From contig JAZDPX010000014.1 in NCBI GenBank assembly GCA_043797125.1, positions 1,755 through 65,754 of the forward strand: 64,000 nucleotides of DNA, written 5' to 3'. Below the pieces are notes generated by a model that saw nothing but the letters and a program-made list of their open reading frames with translations, was not told the origin of the DNA and searched no databases. This document shows, in pieces, positions 46,696 through 56,591 of the stretch. Position 1 is the first letter of the stretch; each line of letters starts with the position of its first letter. The position numbers and the translations under genes were made by a program. Origin of the DNA: Candidatus Omnitrophota bacterium (GTDB lineage: Bacteria > Omnitrophota > Gorgyraeia > JABMRG01 > JAFGKX01).

Positions 46696-47971
46696 TTTAA
46701 AGGGTACAGGAATACATACAGGCGAGCAGGTTAATATTACCTTTAAACCAGCCCTGCCAAACAGCAGTATAAATTTCCTAAGAACTGATTTGCCCGACAG
46801 CCCCCTTATGCCTGCGACCCTGGCGCACCTTTTGGACGCGCAATTGAGGGTACGCAGAACGTCTATTGGCAAAGATAAAGCGCAGGCGCACACCATAGAA
46901 CACCTTATGGCTGTTTTTTGCGGGCTTGGGATAGATAACATACTCGTGGAAATGGATGGTCCGGAGGCCCCAGGTTTAGACGGCAGCGCGGCAAAAATCG
47001 TGGAGGTTATTAAAACAGCAGGCCTCATGGAACAGGATGCGCCCCGAAAAGAACTTCTGATAAAAGACCCGCTATGGGTTGATGAAAAAGACAGTTGCGT
47101 AGTAGTTCTACCCAGCGACCATTTCAGCGTATCATATATTTTAGATTACAGCCATGCCGGCATAGAACCTCAATATAATCATTTTAGAATAATTCCGGAA
47201 ATTTTTGAAAAAGAGATTGCTCCGAGCAGGACATTCTGTTTAAAGGAAGAGATAGACTCGCTCACCCGACTTGGGTTAGGCAAAGGCGCTTCGCCTAAAA
47301 ACACGATAATAATTGATAGCGACGGCAGGACTACGGCTGATTTGAGGTTTAAAGATGAATTTTTACGCCACAAGGTCATGGATTTGATAGGGGACCTGTT
47401 TCTTACAGGTTATTTTCTAAAGGCGCATATAATAGCGATAAAAAGCGGCCATTCGCTTAATTTGAAAATTGCGCAGGCTGTAAAATCAAGATATATCGAT
47501 AATGGAAATACTAAAACTAACCGCACTGCGGCCTCCGGAGAAAAGCCGCTAATGGACAAAGAGGCTATAAAGGGAGTTCTTCCTCATCGCGAGCCGTTTC
47601 TTTTAATAGATGAAATAATAGAACTCGGTGAACTGACAGCGGTCGGGGTAAAGCATGTTGATGATTCGGAGTATTACTTTCGCGGGCATTTTCCGGGCAG
47701 GCCTGTAATGCCGGGAGTTTTGATAGTGGAAGCGTTAGCGCAAGTCGGCGGGGCGCTTATGTTGAGCAAACCAGAGAATAAAGGCAAGCTTGCTTATTTT
47801 ATGTCTATTAACAGCGCTAAATTCCGAAGAGTGGTTAAGCCAGGCGATAAACTACGGCTTGAAATAGAGGTTACGAGGTTTAGGACGAAGGTGGGGCAGG
47901 TGCACGGGAAGGCTTTTGTCGACGGGCAATTGGTATGCGAGGCGGATTTAATGTTTTCGTTGGTAGATTAG
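46661..47971 (+). CDS. lpxC: Fused LpxC deacetylase / FabZ dehydratase
   Basis: QKTL...[31 protein letters not shown], then [33 protein letters not shown]. Confidence 0.95.
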   Translation: MQKQKTLKKEVSLKGTGIHTGEQVNITFKPALPNSSINFLRTDLPDSPLMPATLAHLLDAQLRVRRTSIGKDKAQAHTIEHLMAVFCGLGIDNILVEMDGPEAPGLDGSAAKIVEVIKTAGLMEQDAPRKELLIKDPLWVDEKDSCVVVLPSDHFSVSYILDYSHAGIEPQYNHFRIIPEIFEKEIAPSRTFCLKEEIDSLTRLGLGKGASPKNTIIIDSDGRTTADLRFKDEFLRHKVMDLIGDLFLTGYFLKAHIIAIKSGHSLNLKIAQAVKSRYIDNGNTKTNRTAASGEKPLMDKEAIKGVLPHREPFLLIDEIIELGELTAVGVKHVDDSEYYFRGHFPGRPVMPGVLIVEALAQVGGALMLSKPENKGKLAYFMSINSAKFRRVVKPGDKLRLEIEVTRFRTKVGQVHGKAFVDGQLVCEADLMFSLVD

Positions 47972-47973
47972 CC

Positions 47974-48786
47974 ATGAATAAGGATATTAATAAAATAGGA
48001 CTGGTGGCAGGAGCAGGAAAATTCCCGATTCTTTTGTGCCAGGGCGCAAGAGAACATAACGTATCGGTTGTGGTTATCAGTATTAACGGAGAAGCGGACA
48101 CAGATTTTTCTAAATATACAGATAAGGTGTATTCTGTCGAACTAGGGCAAGGCAAGAAGCTTATTGAAATACTGAAAAATGAAGGCGTAAAATATGCTAT
48201 TATGGCAGGCAAGATTAATAAATTTTCTATTTTTAAACAAGGATTTAGAATGGATGAGGTAGCCAGGGAAGTTTTGGCAAGGGTAATAGACAAAAGAGAC
48301 AACAGCATATTGCGGGTCATAGCAGACAGGCTGAAAAAAGACGGTATACAGCTTTTAGATTCAACAGAATTTTTAAAAGGCATACTTGCGGAAAAAGGCA
48401 TTTATACTGCAAGAAAACCGACAAAAGAGGAAAAAAGCGATATCGATTTCGGATTTAAAATAGCAAAGGCCGCATCCGGTTTGGACATAGGCCAGACAGT
48501 CATTATAAAAGATAAGGCGGTAGTAGCGGTTGAGGCAATAGAAGGCACTGACCAGGCAATAATCAGATCAAAACAGCTAAGCAATAATTTTGTTGTAGTG
48601 AAGGTCGCAAGGGATAACCACGATAATAGATTTGATGTCCCAACCGTCGGGCTTACAACGATAAAATCCATGAAAGCCTCAGGCGCAGCTGTCCTGGCAA
48701 TAGAGGCGCAGAAGACCCTGGTTATTGATAAGGATAAAATGATAAAAGAAGCCGACGCGGCAGGGATTTGCGTGATAGCGGTGTAA
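47974..48786 (+). CDS. lpxI: UDP-2,3-diacylglucosamine pyrophosphatase LpxI (DUF1009)
   Basis: IGLVAGAGKFP, DIGQTV, AVEAIEGTD, D.RFDVPTVG..T. Confidence 0.92.
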   Translation: MNKDINKIGLVAGAGKFPILLCQGAREHNVSVVVISINGEADTDFSKYTDKVYSVELGQGKKLIEILKNEGVKYAIMAGKINKFSIFKQGFRMDEVAREVLARVIDKRDNSILRVIADRLKKDGIQLLDSTEFLKGILAEKGIYTARKPTKEEKSDIDFGFKIAKAASGLDIGQTVIIKDKAVVAVEAIEGTDQAIIRSKQLSNNFVVVKVARDNHDNRFDVPTVGLTTIKSMKASGAAVLAIEAQKTLVIDKDKMIKEADAAGICVIAV

Positions 48787-48789
48787 GGT

Positions 48790-48813
48790 AGTCAATGGTC
48801 GATGGTCTATGGT
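48790..48813 (+). repeat. Heptamer tandem repeat (R)GTC(D)AT
   Basis: agtcaat ggtcgat ggtctat ggt directly after the lpxI stop. Confidence 0.75.
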
Positions 48814-48824
48814 AAAGAAATAAG

Positions 48825-49595
48825 ATGAAAGAACTAGAGATAGACGCAAAGAAGATAACAGAAAAGCTTACGGACTTCATAAAGGAAGAAGTGCGCAAGA
48901 AGGGCTTTAAGAGGGTTGTCTTAGGCTTGTCGGGGGGATTAGATTCATCATGCGTTGCGTATTTGACAGAAAAGGCGTTAGGCCCGAAAAATGTTTTAGG
49001 CGTAATAATGCCTTACAAGACAAGCCCAGAGGCCGATATCGCTGATGCGAAGTGTATGTGTAAAAAATTAGGCATAAAATCAAAATACATTGAAATAACA
49101 GATATGGTCGAGGCGTACTTCAAAAAGATAGGCTCCAATGACAGAATGAGGCGTGGCAACAAAATGGCCAGGGAGAGGATGTCCATTCTCTATGATCAAT
49201 CAAGCGAATTCAATGCCCTGGTAGTCGGCACCAGCAACAAAAGCGAAATTTTGCTCGGATACGGGACAATACATGGTGACACAGCGTGCGCTATAAACCC
49301 TATTGGCTGTCTTTATAAAACTCAAGTTCGGCAATTATCCACGTATTTAGGGATGCCGTCTTCTATAATAGAAAAAACTCCGAGCGCTGGTTTGTGGCAA
49401 GGCCAGAGCGATGAAGAGGAGCTGGGATTTACTTATAAGGAAGTTGATAAACTCCTTTTTTATATGATTGATAAAAAATATTCGAGGAAACGATTATCAG
49501 GCGCCGGGTTTGACGAGGATTTTATTTGTAAGGTAGAGAACAGAATAGAGGCAAACAGATTTAAAAGATGTCTGCCTGTCACAGCTAAAATATAG
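48825..49595 (+). CDS. nadE: NH3-dependent NAD+ synthetase
   Basis: LGLSGGLDS, GNKMARERM, GTSNKSE..GYGTIHGD, PSAGLWQGQSDE. Confidence 0.95.
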   Translation: MKELEIDAKKITEKLTDFIKEEVRKKGFKRVVLGLSGGLDSSCVAYLTEKALGPKNVLGVIMPYKTSPEADIADAKCMCKKLGIKSKYIEITDMVEAYFKKIGSNDRMRRGNKMARERMSILYDQSSEFNALVVGTSNKSEILLGYGTIHGDTACAINPIGCLYKTQVRQLSTYLGMPSSIIEKTPSAGLWQGQSDEEELGFTYKEVDKLLFYMIDKKYSRKRLSGAGFDEDFICKVENRIEANRFKRCLPVTAKI

Positions 49596-49604
49596 GGGTT
49601 AATT

Positions 49605-50936
49605 ATGAAAAAAAAATTGACGAAAAAAGATGTTGCGAGAATCGTTAAGGATAAAAAAATCAAGAACATACACCTTTGGTTTACGGATATTTTGGGCAAT
49701 CTTAAATGCTGCACCATAACAAACGATGAATTAGCCGATGTGCTGGATCATAATAAGGGTTTTGACGGCTCTTCGGTTGCCGGATTCGCGGAGGCTGAAG
49801 AAAGCGACATACTGGCAAAACCTGATCCTTCAACATTTCAGATACTGCCGTGGGAGGGTGAGGACGGCGCTGTAGGCAGAATGTTTTGCGATATATTAAA
49901 CCCTGACGGCAGCCCCTATACAGGCGACCCTCGCTACGCGTTGAAAAGAAATATTGAGCGGGCCAGGAAAATGGGATTCACCTTTTATATCGGAGCCGAA
50001 GTCGAGTATTTTTATTTTAAAAGGCATACCAGCCCGGAATTATTAGACGAAGGCCACTATTTTGATGTTATACCCAACGACCTTGCTAATAAGCTCAGGA
50101 AAAAGACCATAGATGTGTTAAAACAGGTCGGGATTCAGATTGAGACAGCGCATCATGAAGTGGCACCGAGCCAGCACGAGATAGACCCAAGGTATTGCGA
50201 GGCCCTTGAAATGGCGGATAAGATAATGACCTTTAAGCTTGTTATAAAAGAAGTGGCGCAGCAGCACGGGGTTTACGCGAGTTTCATGCCCAAGCCTATT
50301 TTCGGAGAAAACGGCTCCGGCATGCACACGCACCAGTCCTTGTTTAGAGGAAAAAGCAACGCCTTTTTCTCAAAAAGCGATAAATATTATCTGTCTACAG
50401 TTGCAAAACAATTTATAGCCGGGCAGTTAAAACACGCGCGTGAAATATGCGCGATAACAGCCCAATGGGTAAACTCGTATAAGAGGCTTGTGCCCGGTTA
50501 CGAGGCGCCTGTTTACATATCATGGGCGCAAAAAAACAGGACTACGCTTATCAGGATTCCGGTATATAGGCCCGGCAACCGCCAGGCCATGCGCGCGGAA
50601 TTGCGCTGCCCTGACCCCGCGTGTAATCCTTATCTGGCATTTGCCGTTATGCTGGCAGCCGGATTAGAGGGCATCGAGAAAAAATATAAGTTGCCCGATC
50701 CTATCGAGCCCAACATATACAAAATGGAAATGCCTGAAAGAGAAGCAAGGGGCCTTAAATCTTTGCCGGTTAATTTATTTGAGGCAATTAAAGAAACTGA
50801 GAGAAGCAAGCTGGTGAAGGATGCCCTTGGAGAACATATACACTCAAGGTTTTTATATAACAAGATTAAAGAGTGGGAAGAGGATAGGATACAGGTTACT
50901 TCTCACGAGATAAAAAAGTATTTACCTGTTTTGTAG
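49605..50936 (+). CDS. glnA: Glutamine synthetase type I
   Basis: FDGSS..GF, HHEVAPSQHEI, FMPKPIFGENGSGMH.HQS, NSYKRLVPGYEAP, ELRCPDPACNPY. Confidence 0.96.
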   Translation: MKKKLTKKDVARIVKDKKIKNIHLWFTDILGNLKCCTITNDELADVLDHNKGFDGSSVAGFAEAEESDILAKPDPSTFQILPWEGEDGAVGRMFCDILNPDGSPYTGDPRYALKRNIERARKMGFTFYIGAEVEYFYFKRHTSPELLDEGHYFDVIPNDLANKLRKKTIDVLKQVGIQIETAHHEVAPSQHEIDPRYCEALEMADKIMTFKLVIKEVAQQHGVYASFMPKPIFGENGSGMHTHQSLFRGKSNAFFSKSDKYYLSTVAKQFIAGQLKHAREICAITAQWVNSYKRLVPGYEAPVYISWAQKNRTTLIRIPVYRPGNRQAMRAELRCPDPACNPYLAFAVMLAAGLEGIEKKYKLPDPIEPNIYKMEMPEREARGLKSLPVNLFEAIKETERSKLVKDALGEHIHSRFLYNKIKEWEEDRIQVTSHEIKKYLPVL

Positions 50937-50950
50937 ACGAGTATTTATCC

Positions 50951-50988
50951 ACAACCGTAGCGGAGCCTTAAGGCTCCGCTACGGTTGT
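50951..50988. terminator. Perfect 38-bp palindrome between convergent glnA and lpxB (REP-like, possible bidirectional terminator)
   Basis: acaaccgtagcggagcctt|aaggctccgctacggttgt; contains the lpxB stop; related to 42643-42674. Confidence 0.7.
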
Positions 50989-52125
50989 TTTTAGGAAAGC
51001 AACAACTTCCTTTGCGGCCCTGGCAGAGGCCCCGGGCGAACCTAATCTATTTTTCAATTCAAGAAGTTCTCTTTTTTGCTCTTGCCATAAACTTTCATCC
51101 TGAACCAATTTTACTATGCGATCTGCTATTGCCCCCGGCGTTGCTTTATATTGAAGGAATTCGGGAACAATCATTTTATTAGCCACAACATTTACCAGGC
51201 CTATATACGGAATTTTTATTATAGACCTTGTAATGCAATATGTCAGTAACCCTACTTTATACACAATTGCCATGGGCACGCCCAAAAGAGCTGTTTCTAG
51301 GGTTGCGGTTCCGGAAGCCACCATAGCGGCTTTGCACATACTTATAACATTGTAAGTATCCCCGCGTATAATGTGAGCTTTAAAGTTTAAATTTTTTAAT
51401 ATATCATCGATAAGGTTGGGCTTGAGGGTTTTTGCGAGAGGAAGCAGAAACTGCACATTATTGTCCCCTAATTTTTTTTGTATTAGCTTAGCGGATTTAA
51501 CCATAATAGGAAGGATCCTTACCGCCTCGTAGTTTCTTGAGCCGGGCAGAATTCCTATTGTTATTTTTTCGGGGGAAAGCCCGTATTTGACGAAAAGGCT
51601 GTATTTTTCCTGGGTGGGTTTTGCATCATCAAGCAGGGGATGGCCGACAAAACTTACATCCACACCTTCCTTCCTGTATAGAGATTCCTCAAAGTCAAAA
51701 AAGACAACCATCTTATTTATTAGGCGCCTTATCTTTTTTATACGCCCTGGCCCCCATGCCCATATTTGAGGGCTTATGTAATATATTATTGGTATTGAAA
51801 GCGATTTTAGGACTTTTGCGATTTTCAGGTTAAAGCCGGGGCAGTCTATGAGTATGGCGTAATCGGGCTTGTGCTGTTTTATATAATTGCATAAGCCATA
51901 ATACATGGCCCTTATCTTTTTATAATGCCTTATGACATCTACCGGGCCTATTACAGCCAAGCCCGACATGTTATAGATTATGTTGATGCCGGCATTTTGC
52001 ATGTCCACGCCGCCGATGCCAAAAAATGTTATATCTTTATCGATTTTTTTTATTGATTCTACCAACGAGGCGGCATGATGGTCGCCGGATGCCTCACCCG
52101 CTATTAGTAGAATTTTTTTAGGCAT
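50968..52125 (-). CDS. lpxB: Lipid-A-disaccharide synthase
   Basis: IAGEASGD.H, IDCPGFN, YYISPQIWAW, FVGHPL, LPGSR..E, ASGTATLE. Confidence 0.96.
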   Translation of the reverse strand: MPKKILLIAGEASGDHHAASLVESIKKIDKDITFFGIGGVDMQNAGINIIYNMSGLAVIGPVDVIRHYKKIRAMYYGLCNYIKQHKPDYAILIDCPGFNLKIAKVLKSLSIPIIYYISPQIWAWGPGRIKKIRRLINKMVVFFDFEESLYRKEGVDVSFVGHPLLDDAKPTQEKYSLFVKYGLSPEKITIGILPGSRNYEAVRILPIMVKSAKLIQKKLGDNNVQFLLPLAKTLKPNLIDDILKNLNFKAHIIRGDTYNVISMCKAAMVASGTATLETALLGVPMAIVYKVGLLTYCITRSIIKIPYIGLVNVVANKMIVPEFLQYKATPGAIADRIVKLVQDESLWQEQKRELLELKNRLGSPGASARAAKEVVAFLKTTVAEP

Positions 52126-53044
52126 GAGGTTGGGAGTGGATTTTATCGATTATTTCCAGGGCGATCTTTAATGCATCCCGGCCCTCTTCTCCGGAAACAA
52201 GAGGCTTTTTGCCTAACCTGATGCACTCGATAAAAGAACTAAGCTCTTTGTTTAGCGGCTGTTGTTTTTTGATGTTTATTTTACGCGGGATGATCAACTT
52301 GCCGAATTTTCTATATAGAACAGCTTCCTGTTTTATATAATTTATTGAAATGTACGCTCCGGGCTGGAAGATTCTTATTTTTCTAAGAGGGTTCGTGCTT
52401 ACGCGGCTTGCAGTGATGTTGCATGTTGCGCCGTTTGCAAACTTAATCCTGGCGTTTGCTATGTCTTCGTGTTTTGTTAAAATGCTTACGCCGACCGCAT
52501 CAATGCTGACAACCTTTTCTTTTATCAGACCTAATATAATGTCAATGTCGTGAATCATCAAGTCCAGGACTACGCCGACATCAGCTACCCTCGGGGTGAA
52601 AGGCCCGAGCCTGTCGCATTCTATAAATTTTATATCGCCTTTTAACTTTTGGAAGGCCTCTATCGCGGAATTAAATCTTTCAATATGCCCGACAGAGAGG
52701 ACCAGGTTGTTTTTGGCCGCCACCGATAGAAGAGAATCCGCTTCTTCTACGGATGTGGTGATAGGTTTTTCTATAAGAAGGTGTGTGTTTGCGTTAAGAA
52801 AATCTTTCGATATTTTATAATGCAAAGAGGTGGGCGTAGCGATGCTGGCAGCATCAACAGCCCCCAGCAGGTCTTTATAATCAGTATAGTAAGCGGTGTT
52901 ATATTCAGCAGCTACCTGCATGGCAGTTTTTTTGTTAATATCGCATACCCCTGCCAAATGGACATCTTTAAGCTGCGAATAGATTTTCGCATGCAAAGAG
53001 CCCAACTTGCCGGCGCCTATAACCGCTACTTTTAGCTTATTCAT
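52118..53044 (-). CDS. Gfo/Idh/MocA oxidoreductase (GnnA-like UDP-GlcNAc 3-dehydrogenase candidate)
   Basis: VIGAGKLG..H, HLLIEKPI, VGHIERFN, DVGVVLDLMIHDID; coupled to lpxB. Confidence 0.88.
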   Translation of the reverse strand: MNKLKVAVIGAGKLGSLHAKIYSQLKDVHLAGVCDINKKTAMQVAAEYNTAYYTDYKDLLGAVDAASIATPTSLHYKISKDFLNANTHLLIEKPITTSVEEADSLLSVAAKNNLVLSVGHIERFNSAIEAFQKLKGDIKFIECDRLGPFTPRVADVGVVLDLMIHDIDIILGLIKEKVVSIDAVGVSILTKHEDIANARIKFANGATCNITASRVSTNPLRKIRIFQPGAYISINYIKQEAVLYRKFGKLIIPRKINIKKQQPLNKELSSFIECIRLGKKPLVSGEEGRDALKIALEIIDKIHSQPHA

Positions 53045-53064
53045 CTTTAATCCTTAAAAAACGT

Positions 53065-53093
53065 ATTATAGCATTTTAGCGGTATCGGGTCAA
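53065..53093 (-). promoter_or_regulatory. Sigma70 promoter for gfo-lpxB
   Basis: Minus strand TTGACC-17 nt-TATAAT with TG extension. Confidence 0.7.
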
Positions 53094-53142
53094 GGTATTC
53101 TGGTGTGGAGTTACCCCTCGCTCTTAGCGCCAGGCTTTTTAC

Positions 53143-53171
53143 TCGACAATGAAGGGCATACATGATAAAAT
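53143..53171 (+). promoter_or_regulatory. Putative sigma70 promoter for msbA
   Basis: TCGACA-17 nt-TAAAAT with TG extension. Confidence 0.5.
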
Positions 53172-53189
53172 AACTGCCTTGAAAACATA

Positions 53190-53225
53190 GGGGACGGTTC
53201 TCACCCAAGCGTGAGAAATGTCCCC
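53190..53225. repeat. Palindromic element GGGGAC...GTCCCC
   Basis: ggggacggttctcac-ccaagc-gtgagaaatgtcccc. Confidence 0.65.
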
Positions 53226-53236
53226 ATAAACCCCGA

Positions 53237-55048
53237 ATGAAAGACTATATCAGGCTCATAAAATACACGAGGCCGCACACGTTGGTGCTTTTGTCGGCTT
53301 TTGTGTTCAGCATCCTGGCCCAGGTATTCCAGCCCATATCAATAGTCGCGCTTATACCATTATTAGGCAAAGTCCTGATAGGCGAGAATATCGTATTGGC
53401 CAATACCAGCATGCCGCCTTTTTTTTACACGTTATTGGAAAAAATAAATACCATGCCCAGGATAACGCTGCTTAATAATTTTATGATTTTTTATTTCATA
53501 ATATTTATTTTAAAATTAATATTCACGTATTTCCAGCAATATCTTATGAGGGAAACCTCCCAGCGCATTGTAAAAGATATAAGAGACCACATATACGAGA
53601 AGCTATTAAGCCTGTCCATGCAATTTTACAGTTCTTCTAAAACAGGCACCCTTGTCTCGCGTATAACATATGACAGCACCGTCGTGCAGGACGCTGTTTC
53701 AGAGGGGCTTACTGATCTTATATCGCATGGCGCGCTCCTTGTGTTTTCTGTGATAACATTGATAGTCACCGCCAGGGCTTTTAACATACCCTTAGGCTGG
53801 GTTTCTATGTCGCTTTTATTGCCCCCATTAATTATCGGGCCTGTTATAAGAATAGGGAAACGCCTTAAGCAGATTAGCAAGCTCGCCCAGGAGGCGATGG
53901 CTGAAATAAACAATTCATTATACGAGACAATATCCGGCATTAGGATAGTCAAGGCTTTTTCAATGGAGCCATACGAACATGGCAGGTTTAAAAACAAAAG
54001 CTTTGCGTTTAAGAAGGCTACGATGAAATCCAACAAGAGGATTCTGGCAATAAGCCCCATTTCAGAGCTTGCTCTTACAGCGTGCGGATTGGTTATTATT
54101 TGGTTTGGCGGCAAGGAAATAATTGCCAACACGATGAGGGTCGAGGTTTTGATTGCTTTTGTTTTATTGCTTGCGTCATTGGCCAAGCCTTTAAACAGGT
54201 TAAGCAGGGTTCATAGCGTAAATCAGAATGCCCTTGCTGCCGCAGCCAGGATTTTTGAATTGTTGGACACAAAGCAGGATATAGCAGAAACAGAGAACGC
54301 CCAAGAGCTGCCAAAGGCATGGGAAAGAATAGAATTTAAGGACGTCAACTTCTCATACGAGGAAAAACCAACATTAAAGGATATAAACCTTGAAGTTAAA
54401 TCCGGGCAGATAGTTGCCTTGGTGGGCCCGAGCGGCTCGGGCAAGACCACGCTCGTTAACCTGATACCGCGTTTTTATGACCCGCAAAAAGGCTCTATCC
54501 TGATAGGCGGGTCAAACCTTAAAAGCGTTACCCTGAAATCGTTAAGAGACCAAATAGGCTTAGTTACCCAAGATACAATATTGTTTAACGATACCGTCTA
54601 CAGCAACATAGCCTACGGCAACAAAACAATAGATCAAGATAAGGTAGTTGCTGCCGCCAAAACCGCCAATGCGCATGATTTTATTATGAAGATGCCCCAG
54701 GAATACGATACTATGATAGGTGAGCGCGGTTTTAAGATTTCAGGCGGAGAAAAGCAAAGGTTGGCAATTGCAAGGGCAGTGCTTAAGAATCCTCCTATCC
54801 TTATCTTCGACGAAGCCACGTCCCAGCTTGATACGCAGTCCGAGATTTTAGTCCAGGACGCCATCGATAAATTAATGAGCGGAAGGACCGTGTTTGTCGT
54901 GGCCCACAGGCTTTCAACCATAAAACACGCGGCCAAAATCATGGTTCTGGATAAAGGCATGATTGTTGACAGCGGCACGCACGAAGAGCTTATAGGGCAT
55001 AAGGGGCTGTATAAGCTGCTTTACGACATGCAATTCAAAAATATGTGA
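53237..55048 (+). CDS. msbA: Lipid A export ABC transporter MsbA-like
   Basis: TMD plus NBD: GPSGSGKT, ISGGEKQRLAIAR, IFDEATS, VAHRLST; adjacent to lpxB. Confidence 0.85.
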   Translation: MKDYIRLIKYTRPHTLVLLSAFVFSILAQVFQPISIVALIPLLGKVLIGENIVLANTSMPPFFYTLLEKINTMPRITLLNNFMIFYFIIFILKLIFTYFQQYLMRETSQRIVKDIRDHIYEKLLSLSMQFYSSSKTGTLVSRITYDSTVVQDAVSEGLTDLISHGALLVFSVITLIVTARAFNIPLGWVSMSLLLPPLIIGPVIRIGKRLKQISKLAQEAMAEINNSLYETISGIRIVKAFSMEPYEHGRFKNKSFAFKKATMKSNKRILAISPISELALTACGLVIIWFGGKEIIANTMRVEVLIAFVLLLASLAKPLNRLSRVHSVNQNALAAAARIFELLDTKQDIAETENAQELPKAWERIEFKDVNFSYEEKPTLKDINLEVKSGQIVALVGPSGSGKTTLVNLIPRFYDPQKGSILIGGSNLKSVTLKSLRDQIGLVTQDTILFNDTVYSNIAYGNKTIDQDKVVAAAKTANAHDFIMKMPQEYDTMIGERGFKISGGEKQRLAIARAVLKNPPILIFDEATSQLDTQSEILVQDAIDKLMSGRTVFVVAHRLSTIKHAAKIMVLDKGMIVDSGTHEELIGHKGLYKLLYDMQFKNM

Positions 55049-55065
55049 TTTTATGGTTTTTCCCC

Positions 55066-55093
55066 TTGCAAATACTGACTTTTATGGTATAAT
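55066..55093 (+). promoter_or_regulatory. Sigma70 promoter of rpsB-tsf
   Basis: TTGCAA-16 nt-TATAAT with TG extension. Confidence 0.65.
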
Positions 55094-55148
55094 TTCTCGT
55101 TAAATATAGCTGTATCAACAATAATACATAGTGTAATATCACACGAAA

Positions 55149-55169
55149 GTCCCTCGCTTCGCTCGGGAC
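55149..55169. repeat. Short hairpin element gtccctcgcttcgctcgggac in the rpsB leader
   Basis: Same core at 26080-26098 and 29514-29534. Confidence 0.7.
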
Positions 55170-55231
55170 AATCCGCATGAATTTTGATAACGGAACCGAG
55201 CAAAGCGCGAGGACGGATTGGAGGAACACAT

Positions 55232-55987
55232 TTGACTACAACGCTTATTAAACAGTTACTTGAGGCAGGAGTCCATTTCGGCCATCAGGCGAAGAGGTGG
55301 AATCCAAAAATGGCCCCGTTTATTTTCGGCCATAGAAACAAGATTTACATAATAGACCTTGAAAAGACAGCTCAGAGCCTGCAAAAGGCATGCAAATTCG
55401 TAACAGAGCTTGTCGCTAAGGGAGGGTGCGTACTTTTTGTAGGCACAAAAAGGCAGGCCAAAGATATAATAATAGAAGAGGCCAAGCGCTGCGAAATGTT
55501 TTATGTAAGCGAGAGATGGCTGGGAGGCGCGCTAACTAATTTTTCAACAATAGCAAAAAGAATCGCGAGGATGAAAAAACTTAGGCAGCAGAAACAAGAC
55601 GGTTCTTTTGAAGCTATCACCAAAAAAGAGGCCATGATGCTTAGCAAGGAATTGCAGAAGCTTGAGAAAAATTTAGGCGGCATAGCTGATATGGACAAGC
55701 TTCCCGGAGCGGTTTTTGTTATAGACCCAAAGAGAGAAACCACTGCGGTAAGGGAAGCTGACAAGCTGGGCATTCCTATAATCGCCCTTATTGATACGGA
55801 TTGCGATCCTGATATGATAGATTACCCCATACCGGGCAACGACGATGCGATAAGGTCAATAAAACTTGTAACCACGCTTATTGCTGACAGCGCCCAGGAA
55901 GGCAAAAAGAAATTTGTTGAGGGAGAAAAACTAAAAAAATTAGAAAAGGCAGAAAGAGAAGATGAAACTGCGGGTAAATCAAAATAG
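55232..55987 (+). CDS. rpsB: 30S ribosomal protein S2
   Basis: [46 protein letters not shown]; TTG start after GGAGG. Confidence 0.96.
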   Translation: MTTTLIKQLLEAGVHFGHQAKRWNPKMAPFIFGHRNKIYIIDLEKTAQSLQKACKFVTELVAKGGCVLFVGTKRQAKDIIIEEAKRCEMFYVSERWLGGALTNFSTIAKRIARMKKLRQQKQDGSFEAITKKEAMMLSKELQKLEKNLGGIADMDKLPGAVFVIDPKRETTAVREADKLGIPIIALIDTDCDPDMIDYPIPGNDDAIRSIKLVTTLIADSAQEGKKKFVEGEKLKKLEKAEREDETAGKSK

Positions 55988-55997
55988 CGGAGTATAC

Positions 55998-56591
55998 ATG
56001 GCAAGCGATTTAGATAAAATCAAGGACTTAAGAGAAAAGACATCGGCAGGTATGATGGATTGTAAAATAGCGCTGGCTGAAGCTGGCGGCGATGAAGTTA
56101 AGGCTGTTGAAATCCTTCGTAAAAAGGGCGTAGCATTAGCGGCTAAAAAGGCATCGCGCACGGCAAAAGAGGGAGTAATTGCCTCTTATATACATACAAA
56201 TAACAAAATTGGGGTTTTGGTGGAGGTCAATTGCGAGACAGATTTTGTCGCCAGAAACGATGTATTTAAAAATTTTGTCAAAGACCTGACAATGCAGGTT
56301 GCCGCATCTTACCCCGTATATATAAGCAGAGAAGAAGTGCCTGCCGATGTTTTGGAAAAAGAAAAAGAAATAATCAAAGAGCAGCATAAAAACAAGCCTC
56401 AAAAAGCAATGGACAAGATTATAGAAGGCGGCATTGAAAAGTTTTACTCTCAGGCCTGCCTGCTGGAGCAGCCGTTTATTAAAGACCCTTCTAAAAATAT
56501 TAAGGCCCTGCTTACCGAAGTAATAGCCAAGACAGGCGAGAATATAATAGTGCGCAGATTTACCAGGTATCAGGCAGGAGAACAGATTTGA
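55998..56591 (+). CDS. tsf: Elongation factor Ts (short form)
   Basis: [40 protein letters not shown]. Confidence 0.96.
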   Translation: MASDLDKIKDLREKTSAGMMDCKIALAEAGGDEVKAVEILRKKGVALAAKKASRTAKEGVIASYIHTNNKIGVLVEVNCETDFVARNDVFKNFVKDLTMQVAASYPVYISREEVPADVLEKEKEIIKEQHKNKPQKAMDKIIEGGIEKFYSQACLLEQPFIKDPSKNIKALLTEVIAKTGENIIVRRFTRYQAGEQI

